Shown: positions 25,833 to 39,043, numbered from the whole stretch's first letter. The stretch is 63,175 bases of DNA, filler included, from Octopus bimaculoides (GCF_001194135.2; 6 parts of 5 records of this genome joined end to end with filler, not necessarily neighbours in it), one strand, 5' to 3'. A program made the numbers and translations. The notes: generated by a model from the sequence alone, not told the origin.

Positions 25833-26721
25833 TAGAGAGAGTGTGTGTGTGTGTGTGAGTGTGTGTGCTTGAATCTGTGTTTTACATATATGTATATATA
25901 TAATTATATATATATGTATATATATATGTTTGTATTTATGATTTTATGTATACATGCATCAACATCCAGACACACACACACATTCACACACACACATACA
26001 CACACACATACACACACACATACACACACACATACACACACATACACACACACACACACTCTCTACACAAGTGATAGCAGCAGCTGCAGCACTGTCAGCA
26101 GTTCAAGCAACAAAATCAATAACAACGAGAATATCGAAATAACAAGGAAATCACTAGACATAGCAGTTAAATCTTCCTCATTACACGACCCATATTGTTA
26201 ATGTCCCGGATACAGGACCTCAAATATTAGAGAGAAACGTAAGTATAGCTTCAGCACCACCACCACCACCACCACCGCCACCAGAAGTCTCTACATAATC
26301 TCTAGATCTGCGAGAAATAGCAGTCAAATTCCCCTCAAATCACCTTGACTTTTGTTACAATGTACTGCGTAAATATAGGGAGTTATTTTATGGTGCGTTC
26401 CTAGGTTCTGTGCGCGTAGGAAAGATGGGATGCTTAACACTGAAATTTCTCAGATCATACGATTGCTCGATAAGAGCTGACCTAGGGCTAAACAAAAACG
26501 ATAGCAATTATATGATTCCTACTTTCTCAAATTATCCAGAGCCTCCACGCCGGTGATTCTCGACTATTTTTTGGTCCCTATTTTATTCTCCTGGGCCTCC
26601 ATAGCAATTCATTGTATATATATATAAAAAATTCTAACCGTATTTTTATTGTTAAATAACGTTAGGAATTTCATAAAAGCAATTAAAATATTTTGTTTAT
26701 TGTAGAAATATAAATAATTTA

Positions 26722-27121
26722 ATACTCTTTTACTCGTTTCAGTCATTTGACTGCGGCCATGCTGGAGCACCGCCTTTAGTCGAGAAAATCGACCCCAGGA
26801 CTTATTCTTTGTAAGCCCAGTACTTATTCTATCGGGCTCTTTTTGCCGAAGCGCTAAGTTACGGGGACGTAAACACAGCAGCATCGGTTGTCAAGCGATG
26901 GTGGGGGGACAAACACAGACGCACAAACACATACATATACATATATATACATATATACGACGGGCTTCTTTCAGTTTCCGTCTACCAAATCCACTCACAA
27001 GGCTTTGGTCGGCTCGAGGCTATAGTAGAAGACATTTGCCCAAGGTGCCACGCATTGGGACTGAACCCGGAACCATGTGGTTGGTAAGGAAGCTACTTAC
27101 CCCACAGCCACTCCTGCGTCT
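26722..27121 (-). mobile_element. SINE family B, full length
   Basis: tRNA-like head, internal microsatellite, body, and tail ggtgctccagcatggccgcagtcaaatgactgaaacgagtaaaagag. Confidence 0.9.
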
Positions 27122-27674
27122 AATGCACATAAACTTTAACAACAAAATGTCATATGACCGCGAGAGGTCATATGGAGCCCGGTTGAAAATCACTGATGAA
27201 TGCCTCCCCACTTTCTTGTAGAAATCTAGACCCAATTCTTACCATTAATTCCCTAATTTCTTTTAAAAAAACTAGAAAGCGGAGAACCATTCACCAGAGT
27301 AGTTCGAGATGTACAAAATGAAGGAATGGTCATGATTGGAATGTTTTTAGAAGTAGATCTGCGATTGTACTGGTAAAACCACTAGAGCATTGGCCACCTT
27401 GCCTCTCATTTTTTCAGCTCATTATGTGGTGATTTCAAACTCTGGCGCACCCTACGTGGGTGAAACCTGAATCTTTTTTCCCTGTTTAATATCTCCATAC
27501 GACCCTTGGTTGCTCTTAGCGGTGTTCAGTATGTCGGAAACATTCGGGACCAAGGCTTCGGTTTGGGGATAACTCATTTCCTACAATGTCACGTATTAAA
27601 ATCATTTTTTTTTTCATCAGGTCAAGTCGAACAAATATATAATGCCTGCCATCTTGACTTGATGTGTTGATGAT

Positions 27675-27880
27675 GTTGTTTAACCCTAGGTCAGACCTGA
27701 CCAGGCAAACCTATGATCAAAGGTAATAAAACCGTGACCACACATCCTTTGTTTTATGTGCTACTAACTCTGGAACAGATATTTTCCAACGTGTACTTTT
27801 ATATTCTTAACATTGCAGAGTTTGACCTGAGGGATATTTGGCTACTACGTCTCGCAGCTCAAGCAACCACTAACTGCTCT
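27675..27880 (+). mobile_element. Abundant unclassified short repeat, family F (representative copy)
   Basis: gttgtttaaccc.aggtcag..ctga...gacctatgatcaaagg and gatatttggct.ctatttctagcagg also occur near 2480-2630, 26270-26500 (rc), 29950-30000 (rc), 45700-45900 and 55010-55110 (rc). Confidence 0.55.
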
Positions 27881-28505
27881 CATATTTTGGCTCTCACGAA
27901 CCATTTTAGTTTCAACTGGAACACTGCACAGCGAGTAACTCGGGACGAACCAGGCAGATACAGATACGCCCCATGTCTCATATCTGACCTGATTTTAATT
28001 TCTAAGTTTAAACCAAGCTGAGGAAAAATTTGCATTTGATAAGAAAAAAATTACTACTTCAACTACATGGACTGACGACACAATTGCTAATGCTTTCAAA
28101 ATACTTAAATATATTTTTTGCTGCACTTTACCTTCTCAGTGTTCAGACAGTTGTGACGAAGTTTCTCAGAAAATACCCACAAAATATGCAACTAAGTTCT
28201 AACTTTGCATTCTTCCATGAAATTTATACATGGGCATACTGCTTCTCAAAAAAATTCGTAGGATCTTTCGATACTGAAAGAAAGTGAGAAAATGAGGGAA
28301 ATTTAGCTGGCATTTCTCGTAGGTTGATTTCTATTATGCAGTTTTACTTTTATCAAGATTTTGCAACTGAATATGTGTCGGTTCAAGAAGAATGAATTCC
28401 GGAGAGTTAGAGAAGGTATGCAGTTCGCGGTTTACTATTTCCCCTCATCTCTTTAAACATCTAAAGTTCCCTTTCTACGTAATCCATTCTCTCCGCCCAA
28501 TAATA

Positions 28506-28720
28506 CTAGGAGGGTCCTCCTGGTCTCCTTTTCCATATGGCTCTATCAGAGGCGACCCTTGTTACACTGTCTGTCTGGCTTCCAAACAATGACCAACAGA
28601 AACTATGAACACTATCCAACCGTGTACTTCTTGATCTACCCCTAGGTTTCCTGCCGGTGGTCTTGCTTTGAGGAATCCGTTTTGCGATGCTTTTCTACGA
28701 CATTCTAAGCATATGGTTAT
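28506..28720 (-). mobile_element. RTE-like LINE ORF C-terminus, decayed
   Basis: KRIPQSKTTGRKPRGRSRSTRLDSVHSFCWS..VASDRAIWKR resembles the G.RPRGRP..RW..DR..WR end of RTE ORFs. Confidence 0.6.
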
Positions 28721-29768
28721 AGCACCGAAACATTACTGATAGCTATGATGAATTGTTGAACGGCAGGTCAACCCTAGGATCAAACGCACGTCAAATGTAA
28801 CTATCTTGATACTCTTAAAGTTATAAGATTATTATGTAGGACGACATTAACTAATAGGTGAGTTGTCTCCTTTTTTAAGCTGCTAGAGTGTTGATATGAG
28901 AGAGATTTAGATGCTCTCTTTCTCTACCATGTCTGGAGAGTCCGCAGAGGCTCTCTCTTTCAAATGTGTTAGGTATGTTTGCATTAGGGGTACGAAATTA
29001 GGAATTAATACCAAAGGCTTTATATCGGTGTTGATGATGGTAATATGACATTTGGAAGTGGTAATGATAGCAGAATTAATGTTGATTTTAAGATTAGTGC
29101 TGGTACTGGTGTTAAGATTAGTGATAATGTTGGCGGTAGTGTTGGTATTAGTGGCTCTTAATTATGATTTCAATGTGGTTGTCGGTTGCCGTGTGGTGCT
29201 GTTGAGTGTAAGTATTAGTAGGGGTATTGTTGTGGTTGGCGGTGCTGGCATATTTATTACGTTGGTTGTTTGTGTTGGTGACGGTACTAATAACGTTGCT
29301 GTTGATGTTATCGATGTGTGTGTTAATATTTTCCTGTTGTTGTTAGTATTGCTACATAGGGTTGGCAATGTTCAGGTTATTGTTTAACCCCCAGTGCAGC
29401 CTTGGTGGAATAGATCAATTATGAAAGGCGTCCTACTCGTGGCAATCCAGTCTTTCGTTTAGCCATAACATGGTATCTTAAACCACATTATCCAATGTCT
29501 CTCTTTATCTTTCTAATACATTCTACAATGCAATATTAGAGATATTTAATTGCTATCTTCAGCAGATGGTGCTAACATATGGAGGATCACTCTAGTGTTA
29601 TAGTTGTTCATGGTTTCGTTTAGACTTATGACAGCTTTATAGCGTAAATTTATGTCCAGTCGTGTCACTGACATAGGATGTACAGAAGAATGACAACCAA
29701 TGTGGCATTCTTATATCTTTATGGAGGGTAGATTGTAATTTAACGGAGAACTGACTGTTATTTCTTAC

Positions 29769-29869
29769 TGTGAGGGCGGCCGCCGAAATTCTCATTCCCA
29801 TGTTGGTTTTTACTAATTTCACTGGATTAGGAAACACATACATGGCAGCTAAAAATGCTATAAATATCC
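29769..29869 (-). CDS. Putative internal coding exon of an unidentified membrane protein (phase 1-0): (x)IFIAFLAAMYVFPNPVKLVKTNMGMRISAAALT
   Basis: On the minus strand: acceptor gtgtgttttcAG, donor ACA|GTAAGA, open 101-nt frame with a hydrophobic N-terminal half and locally raised GC. It weakly resembles the ABCC TMD1 segment before YRK; identity is not established. Confidence 0.4.
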
Positions 29870-30737
29870 CTGAAAACACACCTCACAATGTTGAAAAGTG
29901 CAACAAAAATTACTTAAGTTTACATTAGATAACGTAGTCCTATTTCTTGACAATAAAAGACGGGATGGTCACGCTGGAACGCCTTAGATATGCATCTTCT
30001 TGATTAAAGCTGAGCTATAGATAAACGAAAGACACAGCAGCAGTAGTAGTAGCGCCAGCAAAAAAAAAAAAAATATTATGTATTTCAGGTGAGTGATATA
30101 ATAACAGCGAAAGCGAAATCACAGGCCGTTTAAAGGCGGAAGACGCTACTGCAGTGGCTGTGGTAGTTCTTAGCATGAACAGCACCGAAGAAGCACCGGC
30201 AACAGCAGTAATATAAAGGCAGCAGCTACAGTAGATGTCACATTTGTGGCAGTGGTATTATGCAGTGGCATTTGCAGCAGTACTTGGCAGCGAAAGCTAA
30301 GTTTCACACTATAGAGAAAAGGAGATCAGCAAAACGTCCAAAAGATATGTAAAAACGTTAACAAATCGAAAAACTAAAGCGCATATATTAACAAAGGAAT
30401 CTTAATGCGTGATAGATAGATAGATATATAGATAGATAGATACATAGATAGATAGATACATAGATAGATACATAGATAGCGTTTTTTGTAATGTTCCTAT
30501 GAATTCGGAGTAAGATATCCGCTAATTGATAACTCCCGTTTTGTAATGTGTCATTTGATAGATAGATAGACAGATATTTCTATGTTGCTGTGAATTCAAA
30601 GTGAGGTATCAGCTAAATTATTATTGGTAATTTCTAGTCTATCTTTCACTTGAAGTTTGCAGTTAAATATCTTAGCGTTCAGAGTTCAAATCGATTTAGA
30701 GTCGATATCAGTTTTTCATTATTGCAAGAACTGAGAA

Positions 30738-30769
<32 letters not shown>

Positions 30770-31176
30770 TATACCAATTTTGTTCATTATTTCTGTTTTA
30801 TATCAATATACCTAGCGGTATGTAGTTTTTTTTTCTCTGATTGGTTCTGTAAAATTCGATATTCTAACTACTAGTAATATGCGATTGTTTATTTTAACGA
30901 GTATCACTTTTCACCTTCTGAAAGCATGAGTTTCTTGCTATCTTAGAAATAGATGATGCTGGTAATAGTGGCGGAAGCTGTGGGTATTCTTGTGGTGTTG
31001 GTGCTAGTGTTTGTGGTGGCGCTGATGTTAATGTTTGTATTGGTCGTAGTTCTTGTTGGTCTTGTTGTCGTTGTTGTTATTGTTATTGTTGTTGTTGTTG
31101 GTGTTGGTGTGGTATTGTTTGGTATACAAGTTAGTAGTGATATTGTTAGTGATATTGTTAGTGATATTGTGTGTGT

Positions 31177-31556
31177 GGAGACGCAATGGCCCAGTGGTTA
31201 GGGCAGCGGACTCGCGGTCATAGGATCGTGGTTTCGATTCCCAGACAGGGCGTTGTGAGTGTTTATTGAGCGAAAATACCTAAAGCTTCACGAGGCTCCA
31301 GCAGGGGCTGGTGGCGAATCCTGCTGTACTCTTTCACCACAACTTTCTATCACTCTTACTTTCTGTTTCTGTCGTGCCTGTAATTCAAAGGGTCAGCCTT
31401 GTCACACTATGTCACGCTGAATATCCCCGAGAACTACATTAAGTGTACACGTGTCTGTGGAGTGCTCAGCCACTTGGACGTTAATTTCACGAGCAGGCTG
31501 TTCCGTTGATCGGATCAACTGGAACCCTCGGCGTCGTAAGCGACGTAGTGCCAACA
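31177..31556 (+). mobile_element. tRNA-derived SINE, distinct family (single copy here)
   Basis: Canonical A box TGGCCCAGTGG (31187-31197) and B box GGTTTCGATTCC (31230-31241), followed by about 300 bp of non-tRNA body. There is no complete cloverleaf, so it is not a tRNA gene. Confidence 0.8.
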
Positions 31557-31657
31557 AAATAGCGGTATTGTATTTATCGGATTAGTGTTGGAGGTGATGG
31601 TGATAATGATGTTGTTGTCTATATTTCTTTTGTTGAGTTTGTTAGTGTTGTTGTCAA

Positions 31658-32010
31658 AGCAGCGAGCTCGCAGGATCGTTAAGCACGCCGGACGGAAAGA
31701 TTTAGCGGCATTTCGTCCGTCTCAACATTCTGAATTGAAAATTCTGCAGAGGTCGACTTTACTTTTCATCCATTTGGGATCGATAAAATAAGCACCAATT
31801 GAACACTGGAGCCGATGTAATCGACTTATCCCTTCACCCAGAAATTGCCGGCCTTGTGCCAAAATTAGAAACTAATATTAGTAGTGCTGACTTAATGCGG
31901 TGAACTGGAAGAATCATGAGCACACCGGGAGAAAATACTTACCAACATTTTACCCTTCTCTAAGTTCAAATTCCGCCGAGGTCGACTTTACCTTTCATCC
32001 ATTCTATGGA
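31658..32010 (+). mobile_element. SINE family A, one full copy plus a partial tandem copy
   Basis: Core repeated at about 31740-31790 and 31965-32000. Confidence 0.75.
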
Positions 32011-32091
32011 GACACCCTTTTTTGTAACCCAGTTATAATATACTTTGTATTGAATCAATTTGAACTTTTGGAAAATAAAGAATTATTATTT

Positions 32092-32132
<41 letters not shown>

Positions 32133-32173
32133 GTTGTTATTGTTTTTTTCTGTTGCTGCTGCTGCTACTGCTG

Positions 32174-32212
<39 letters not shown>

Positions 32213-32549
32213 TTGTTGTTGCTGTTCTGATTTCAAATCCCGCAAAGTCTATATTTTCATTTCACCCTTTCGGAGCCAATAGCATCTCCCCCACCTTGGG
32301 CCTAAATTAGACGCGACTATTATTGTTCTTGTCACTTATTTTGTTTGTTTATCGTGCCCTCTCATGGTCCAAAGTTCTTTGCATAGAAAGTATATATATT
32401 CGTCTAGGATTACTGTACCGGTTTCAGATCATTGGAACACCTATCCAATTATCGGAGTGAGATGAATGTTTTTTCTTTAGACATTTATGAACATTTTCAT
32501 ACGTTATTGACCAAACGCGATTTGCAGCATTTATGCGAATTGTAAGTGA

Positions 32550-32830
32550 CTAGTTGCCAGAGTTGTTAGCACACGGGGCAAAATGCTAAGCATCACTCAT
32601 TTCGAATTTACATTCTGAGTTCAAATTCCACCGTGTCGACTCTGCTTTTTATTCTTTCAGAGCCGATAAAATATGTACCACTTGAGTAAAAGGGTCCAGT
32701 CGAATCGAGCTAGACCTTCCCTGAAATTTCTGGCCTTCTGCCAAAATTTGAAAGCAATATTTATATAGGGATCGATAGAATAAGTACCAGTTGGACACTG
32801 GAGTCGATGCACTCGACAAGCCACCTCTCC
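32550..32830 (+). mobile_element. SINE family A plus partial copy
   Basis: Head, core and tail, then a second gataga.taagtaccag..ctggagtcgatg fragment. Confidence 0.75.
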
Positions 32831-32907
32831 TAAATGCTATTACCGTTGTTGTTGTTCATGTTGTTTTTGTTGTTGTTGTTCTTCTTCTTCTTATCATTTT
32901 TATTATT

Positions 32908-32957
<50 letters not shown>

Positions 32958-33308
32958 CATTATTATTATTATTATTATTACTATTGCTGCTGCTGTTGTT
33001 GTTGTTGTCATCGTTGTTGTTATTGTTGTTGTAGTTGTCATCGTTGTTGTTGTGGTGGTGGTGACGGTAGTGGTGGTGGTGGTTGTTGGTATTATTATTG
33101 CTATTATTATTATTATTATTATTATTATATTATTATCATTATATAAACTATGGATTTTCTTATTGTATCTATGCGTGCATGTGACCAATAAAGTTCATTA
33201 TTACAATTATTGTTATCGCTGTTGCCTTTTAACTGAATTTTCTACAGAGAAGTTGTGCATTCATATATGAATACACAGCTACCTACATATATAAACAAAC
33301 ACAAATAC

Positions 33309-33350
<42 letters not shown>

Positions 33351-34409
33351 NNNNNNNNNNNNNNNNNNNNNNNNNNNNNNNNNNNNNNNNNNNNNNNNNN
33401 NNNNNNNNNNNNNNNNNNNNNNNNNNNNNNNNNNNNNNNNNNNNNNNNNNNNNNNNNNNNNNNNNNNNNNNNNNNNNNNNNNNNNNNNNNNNNNNNNNNN
33501 NNNNNNNNNNNNNNNNNNNNNNNNNNNNNNNNNNNNNNNNNNNNNNNNNNNNNNNNNNNNNNNNNNNNNNNNNNNNNNNNNNNNNNNNNNNNNNNNNNNN
33601 NNNNNNNNNNNNNNNNNNNNNNNNNNNNNNNNNNNNNNNNNNNNNNNNNNNNNNNNNNNNNNNNNNNNNNNNNNNNNNNNNNNNNNNNNNNNNNNNNNNN
33701 NNNNNNNNNNNNNNNNNNNNNNNNNNNNNNNNNNNNNNNNNNNNNNNNNNNNNNNNNNNNNNNNNNNNNNNNNNNNNNNNNNNNNNNNNNNNNNNNNNNN
33801 NNNNNNNNNNNNNNNNNNNNNNNNNNNNNNNNNNNNNNNNNNNNNNNNNNNNNNNNNNNNNNNNNNNNNNNNNNNNNNNNNNNNNNNNNNNNNNNNNNNN
33901 NNNNNNNNNNNNNNNNNNNNNNNNNNNNNNNNNNNNNNNNNNNNNNNNNNNNNNNNNNNNNNNNNNNNNNNNNNNNNNNNNNNNNNNNNNNNNNNNNNNN
34001 NNNNNNNNNNNNNNNNNNNNNNNNNNNNNNNNNNNNNNNNNNNNNNNNNNNNNNNNNNNNNNNNNNNNNNNNNNNNNNNNNNNNNNNNNNNNNNNNNNNN
34101 NNNNNNNNNNNNNNNNNNNNNNNNNNNNNNNNNNNNNNNNNNNNNNNNNNNNNNNNNNNNNNNNNNNNNNNNNNNNNNNNNNNNNNNNNNNNNNNNNNNN
34201 NNNNNNNNNNNNNNNNNNNNNNNNNNNNNNNNNNNNNNNNNNNNNNNNNNNNNNNNNNNNNNNNNNNNNNNNNNNNNNNNNNNNNNNNNNNNNNNNNNNN
34301 NNNNACATATAGAAAAATTAATAATTAAAAGCACAATAAATGAGTATAATATAAAGTAAAGTAAATATCATAAGATAAATATATATATATATATATTTAT
34401 GTATTTATT

Positions 34410-34790
34410 TATTCATTTATGGGTTTCAGCCAAGTGGCTGTGGTCATGCTGGAGCACCAACGTAATTTTATGTCTGTATGCTTTGCTCTCTTCACGTTCC
34501 TTGCATGGCTCTTCTCCTGCATCTGATATAGTCCAATCAAGAGTTTTGATGGCACATCTGGTGTATAAGAGAATTTGACATCGCTGCTCTAAACTGTGTC
34601 TCATTTCGGGGCCATTGGTTCGTCTGGTATCGTGGAGAGGAAATCGTTGAGTTTTGTCTTGAAGACCTCCACATCCGTGTCTTGCAGGTCTCTCAAATGT
34701 TTTGGCAAGTCATTGAAGAGCTGAGGTCCTCTGAAGCCGAGGCTGCTGCAGTATCTTGTTCTTATGTGAGATGCAGTGTACGGCACCTTA
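34410..34790 (-). mobile_element. CR1/L2-type LINE 3' end (RT C-terminus plus 3' UTR)
   Basis: RTRYCSSLGFRGPQLFNDLPKHLRDL..VEVFKTKLNDFLSTIPDEP, then after a frameshift RAAMSNSLIHQM; the tail ends in (TAAA)-like repeats. Confidence 0.8.
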
Positions 34791-34834
34791 TACACACACA
34801 TATATACGTGCACATATATGTGTATGGATACATG

Positions 34835-35159
34835 TGACTGTGTGGTAAGTAGGTTGCTTACGAGCCACATGGTTCCGGGTTCAGTCCTACTGCGTGGCAA
34901 CTTGAGAAAATGTCTTCCACTATAGCCTCGGGCCGACCAAAGCCTTGTGAGTGGATTTGCTAGACGGAAACTGAAAGAAGCCCGTCGTATATATATCTGT
35001 ATGTGTGTGCCCATATGTTTGTGTGCCTGTGTTCCCCCCCCCTCACATCGCTCGACAACTGATGCTGGTGTATTTACGTCCACGTAACTTAGATGTTTGG
35101 CAAAAGAGACTGATAGAATAATTACTAGGCTTACAAAGAATAAGTCCTGGGGTCGATCT
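34835..35159 (+). mobile_element. SINE family B (runs into gap)
   Basis: Co-linear with the reverse complement of 26722-27121. Confidence 0.85.
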
Positions 35160-35880
35160 NNNNNNNNNNNNNNNNNNNNNNNNNNNNNNNNNNNNNNNNN
35201 NNNNNNNNNNNNNNNNNNNNNNNNNNNNNNNNNNNNNNNNNNNNNNNNNNNNNNNNNNNNNNNNNNNNNNNNNNNNNNNNNNNNNNNNNNNNNNNNNNNN
35301 NNNNNNNNNNNNNNNNNNNNNNNNNNNNNNNNNNNNNNNNNNNNNNNNNNNNNNNNNNNNNNNNNNNNNNNNNNNNNNNNNNATATATATTAACCCTTGT
35401 ATTTGTACGCGGGTAGGCAGGTACGCACACACATACACACACGCACACACACATGTGCAAATATCTGTACGCCTCTCACCTATTTATCATCACTCATTAT
35501 GTCTAACATACCTGTACGGTACACGAAAGCAATGAACGTATACACACACGCCCTCGTACACACACAGAGACAAAGTGACACGTACACTCTCGCACACATC
35601 AAACACACGTATCTGCACACGCACCCCTATATATACAAACAAAGAAACAAACCCGTAAACACCTCACAGAAACATGCGGAGAAACGATGACATTCAACAA
35701 ACTACAGCGTCTTTCGGTTCATATTATACTCATTGAAAATTATTGTATACTTCTGTTTTCCTTATGTAACGGTCTATGGTGTTATGTGTTTGTGTGTGAT
35801 GGCAGTTACGTCTATATATTTATATTTACATGTTGTAGTATTCGATTGTAGTGCGGTAACAACGAAATACATTGAACACT

Positions 35881-35935
35881 CCGGGTGACTGCGGAAGTGA
35901 CGTGAATATTTCAAAAATGGCGTCGAACACGTGAT
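35881..35935. promoter_or_regulatory. Candidate TATA-less housekeeping-type promoter: ETS-CRE composite + YY1 + E-box
   Basis: GCGGAAGTGACGTGA (35891-35905), AAAATGGCG (35914-35922), CACGTG (35928-35933); six CpGs in about 55 bp within AT-rich flanks. Confidence 0.55.
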
Positions 35936-36450
35936 TATGCATTAACCGGATTGATAAATAAATCAAAGTCGAAGAACTATAAACAATCAGTGAATAAATA
36001 ATTGAATGGCAACTAATCAGGAAACAAGTAGCTAATTAAAAATTAATGAAAGACGATTAATTCACCGTTAACAAAGTTACTTAGAAAATGGACGTATGAA
36101 TTCGGTTAGCTGATAAACATGAATGTTTGTAAACAGAGAGGTATGCATGGACGTATTATTTTTCGTACACACAAAACGTGCTGCTATCAGTACGTACACA
36201 CAAACGTATGCAGGGGTCACACATGTACGTACAGGTATGTATATGTGCGTGTGTGTGTGTGTGAATGTACGTGTGCGTGTGTATGCTCTATGTGTACAAA
36301 TACATGTGTGAGTATTTATGTATGTATGATACATGTATATGTGCGTGTATGCATTATGCATGAGTATGTAGGTTTACCGTGTGGAGCGTGTGTGCATGAG
36401 TTTATACTGTATATGTTTGGATTTGTATATCTATTTAGTTATTTATCTTA

Positions 36451-36590
36451 ACTGGTACTTAATTAATCGACCCCGAACAGATGAAAGGCAAAGTCGATCT
36501 CGGCGGAATTTGAACCCAGACGTAGCGGCAGACGAAATACCGCTAAGCATTTTGCCCGGCGCGCTAACGTTTCTGCCAGCCCGCCGCCTT
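36451..36590 (-). mobile_element. SINE family A, antisense
   Basis: gatgaaaggcaaagtcgatctcggcggaatttgaac...ctgccagcccgccgcc. Confidence 0.85.
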
Positions 36591-37740
36591 TGGTCAACTA
36601 AATATCGTACCGTCACCAACAATAATAAAAACATCTATAGCAGCACTGCAGCGCCACCAGGGTTAATACCACTGCAAACATTATCACGGCCACCTCCATC
36701 CACACAACCACTAGCACCTCCATAACTACTACCACCACAACTACCACAATCACCATAGCTACAATCACCACAAATACAGCGACCACAACCGCCACCCTCA
36801 CCCACTACGACCATTAACACTACCACAGCTACCACAGGCCACCACCACCACCATCATAGCAACTACCACCACCACAATTACAACTACCATCATCATAACC
36901 ACATCTGTACCATAACCACAACTACAACCACCACCACAACCACCTCTTCTGCTGCCACCGCTACTACCGTCTTGTTTCATCTCCCACCGTCAAAGCAAAC
37001 CGCTAAGTCGACTCCACGTGGTTGTTACACCTGCTAGAAATATCAGCTATGACACATTTAAATCACACACCAAGATTCAAATAAAGAACAGTTCGAATAA
37101 TCTCTGGAATTGCTTGAACATGAGAAGAATTAAAAGATAGGATGGTCACGGGAGGAAAAAAAAAACCTGTGATCATAAGTCTGCGCGATCAGGGTAGATT
37201 TGGAGCTCACTGCCAGAACAACAAACGGCCGCCATCGAAAGTAACTACGCCGCCTCCAACGCTAACGTATACGCCATCTTCTACACCATTACTCATGACA
37301 CCACGACCATCACTGTCATCAACACCAACAATGACAACAACAACAACAACAACAACAACAACAGCACTTCTATAAAGAGCAACAACAACAAAATAATAAT
37401 AATAATAATAATAATGTTAATAACAACAATAACAACGTCAACAACATCAGCGTTATCGCTTCTCTTACACAACCCGCCAACGCCACCACCAATTGAACAA
37501 CATCAAAGACGGCCGCGACACGAACCCCCGACACCATGACAAGATATTGGCAACGGTGACATGTCGCCAACGCCAACGCCACCGCCACCACCAAGACAAT
37601 CTCATAATACCTCACCATCCATCATACTGCATCATCCTCTATGAGCAATGTTGGAGTAATAATTCTTACCCCCACCAAACCCACCACACCTACCACACCT
37701 ACCACCAGAGTCTCTACAATCGCCACCACCACCACCACCA

Positions 37741-37840
37741 NNNNNNNNNNNNNNNNNNNNNNNNNNNNNNNNNNNNNNNNNNNNTTAATTAATTAANNNN
37801 NNNNNNNNNNNNNNNNNNNNNNNNNNNNNNNNNNNNNNNN
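37741..37840. other. Artificial assembly spacer
   Basis: Same layout; 12-mer at 37785-37796. Confidence 0.95.
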
Positions 37841-38275
37841 ATATATATATACATATATATATGCGTGTGTGTATATATAGGAGAATGTATATATACGTAT
37901 ATATACATATATATATATAAATATGTGTATGCGTGTGTGAGTTTGTGTTTTGTGTGTGCGTTAGTTTGTGCGCGCGTGCGCGTGCATGTTTGTTGCTGCA
38001 GGATTTGTTTACGTATAATAATAGTATTCTTCAAAGTTTTCACTATTTGTAGTCTTGCCAGAAATATTCCGCTTTTATGATCACGTCTCTTTCCCCCTCT
38101 ACACTTTTTCTCTTTCACACTGGTTTCCTTTTAAATCTGTCTCTCACTCTTTCTGTCTTCCTTTCTATTCGCCTTTATCCTATTGTTCTTTTATCCTTCG
38201 CCTTCAATTTCTGCTTCTTCATCTGATGTTGTTGTCATTATTATTATTATTTATTATTATTATCATCACCATCAT

Positions 38276-38316
<41 letters not shown>

Positions 38317-38990
38317 ATGTTGTACTTGATGTTTCAATAGTTATTGTTGTTGCATTTTGTTGTTGAATCATATATCGCAAGACACTTGTCATTCAATGAA
38401 CAGTAGAGATCGAATTCAGCCATTTTGGTATTGTGCCAAAAACTCTCCAGGGAGGATATCTTGTTTGGTGTCCGGCTCAGATTATAATAGCCGACAACAT
38501 CTGTTATCATATCAACTTATGACCCTGTCAAAGGTCAGTCAATCATAACTTTTGGGAATATATGGACAAATCTTTCATTTTCCTTGTGGGAAAAGGGCAT
38601 CTCGCCATATATGGTAATAATACTGTAATGTTAGTATGAGTGTAATATTATTACCACCAGTATATTCATATGAACTACATTTCAAAGAAATATAACGGAA
38701 CGCTATTTCATTTTCAAAATCTTTTGTATATTTATCAGTCATATTTTCTTGTAAATTCGAAATGATTTGAAACAAATTCGTGTGTAATAGTGAATACATA
38801 CAAGTACACGCCAGTTGCAGATGTACATATACATGCATACGCGCTCAAGCACACATGTAAATTGGGCGCACTGTATGTGTATTACATATTACACATATCT
38901 TTATCTCCACACATACTGACACGCAAACACACATACACACACACAACACACACACATACATAATCAGACACGCACAAATACGCACGCACA

Positions 38991-39029
<39 letters not shown>

Positions 39030-39043
39030 ACACGCATACATAC

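Noticed and set aside
27151-27174. 9-bp stem hairpin catatgacc-gcgaga-ggtcatatg
   Set aside because: Too short to interpret; possibly a transposon subterminal palindrome.
30079-30096. tatttcAG|GTGAGT juxtaposed acceptor/donor (recursive-splice-like)
   Set aside because: It is preceded by poly(A) rather than a pyrimidine tract, and no + strand host gene is established in this block.
31177-31250. tRNA gene (also 56505-56578)
   Set aside because: A and B boxes are present, but the acceptor and anticodon stems are broken and the sequence continues into a SINE body.
32481-32541. + strand exon candidate (D)IYEHFHTLLTKRDLQHLCE with ATT|GTAAGT
   Set aside because: Isolated, no homology recognised and no phase partner; kept below the feature threshold.
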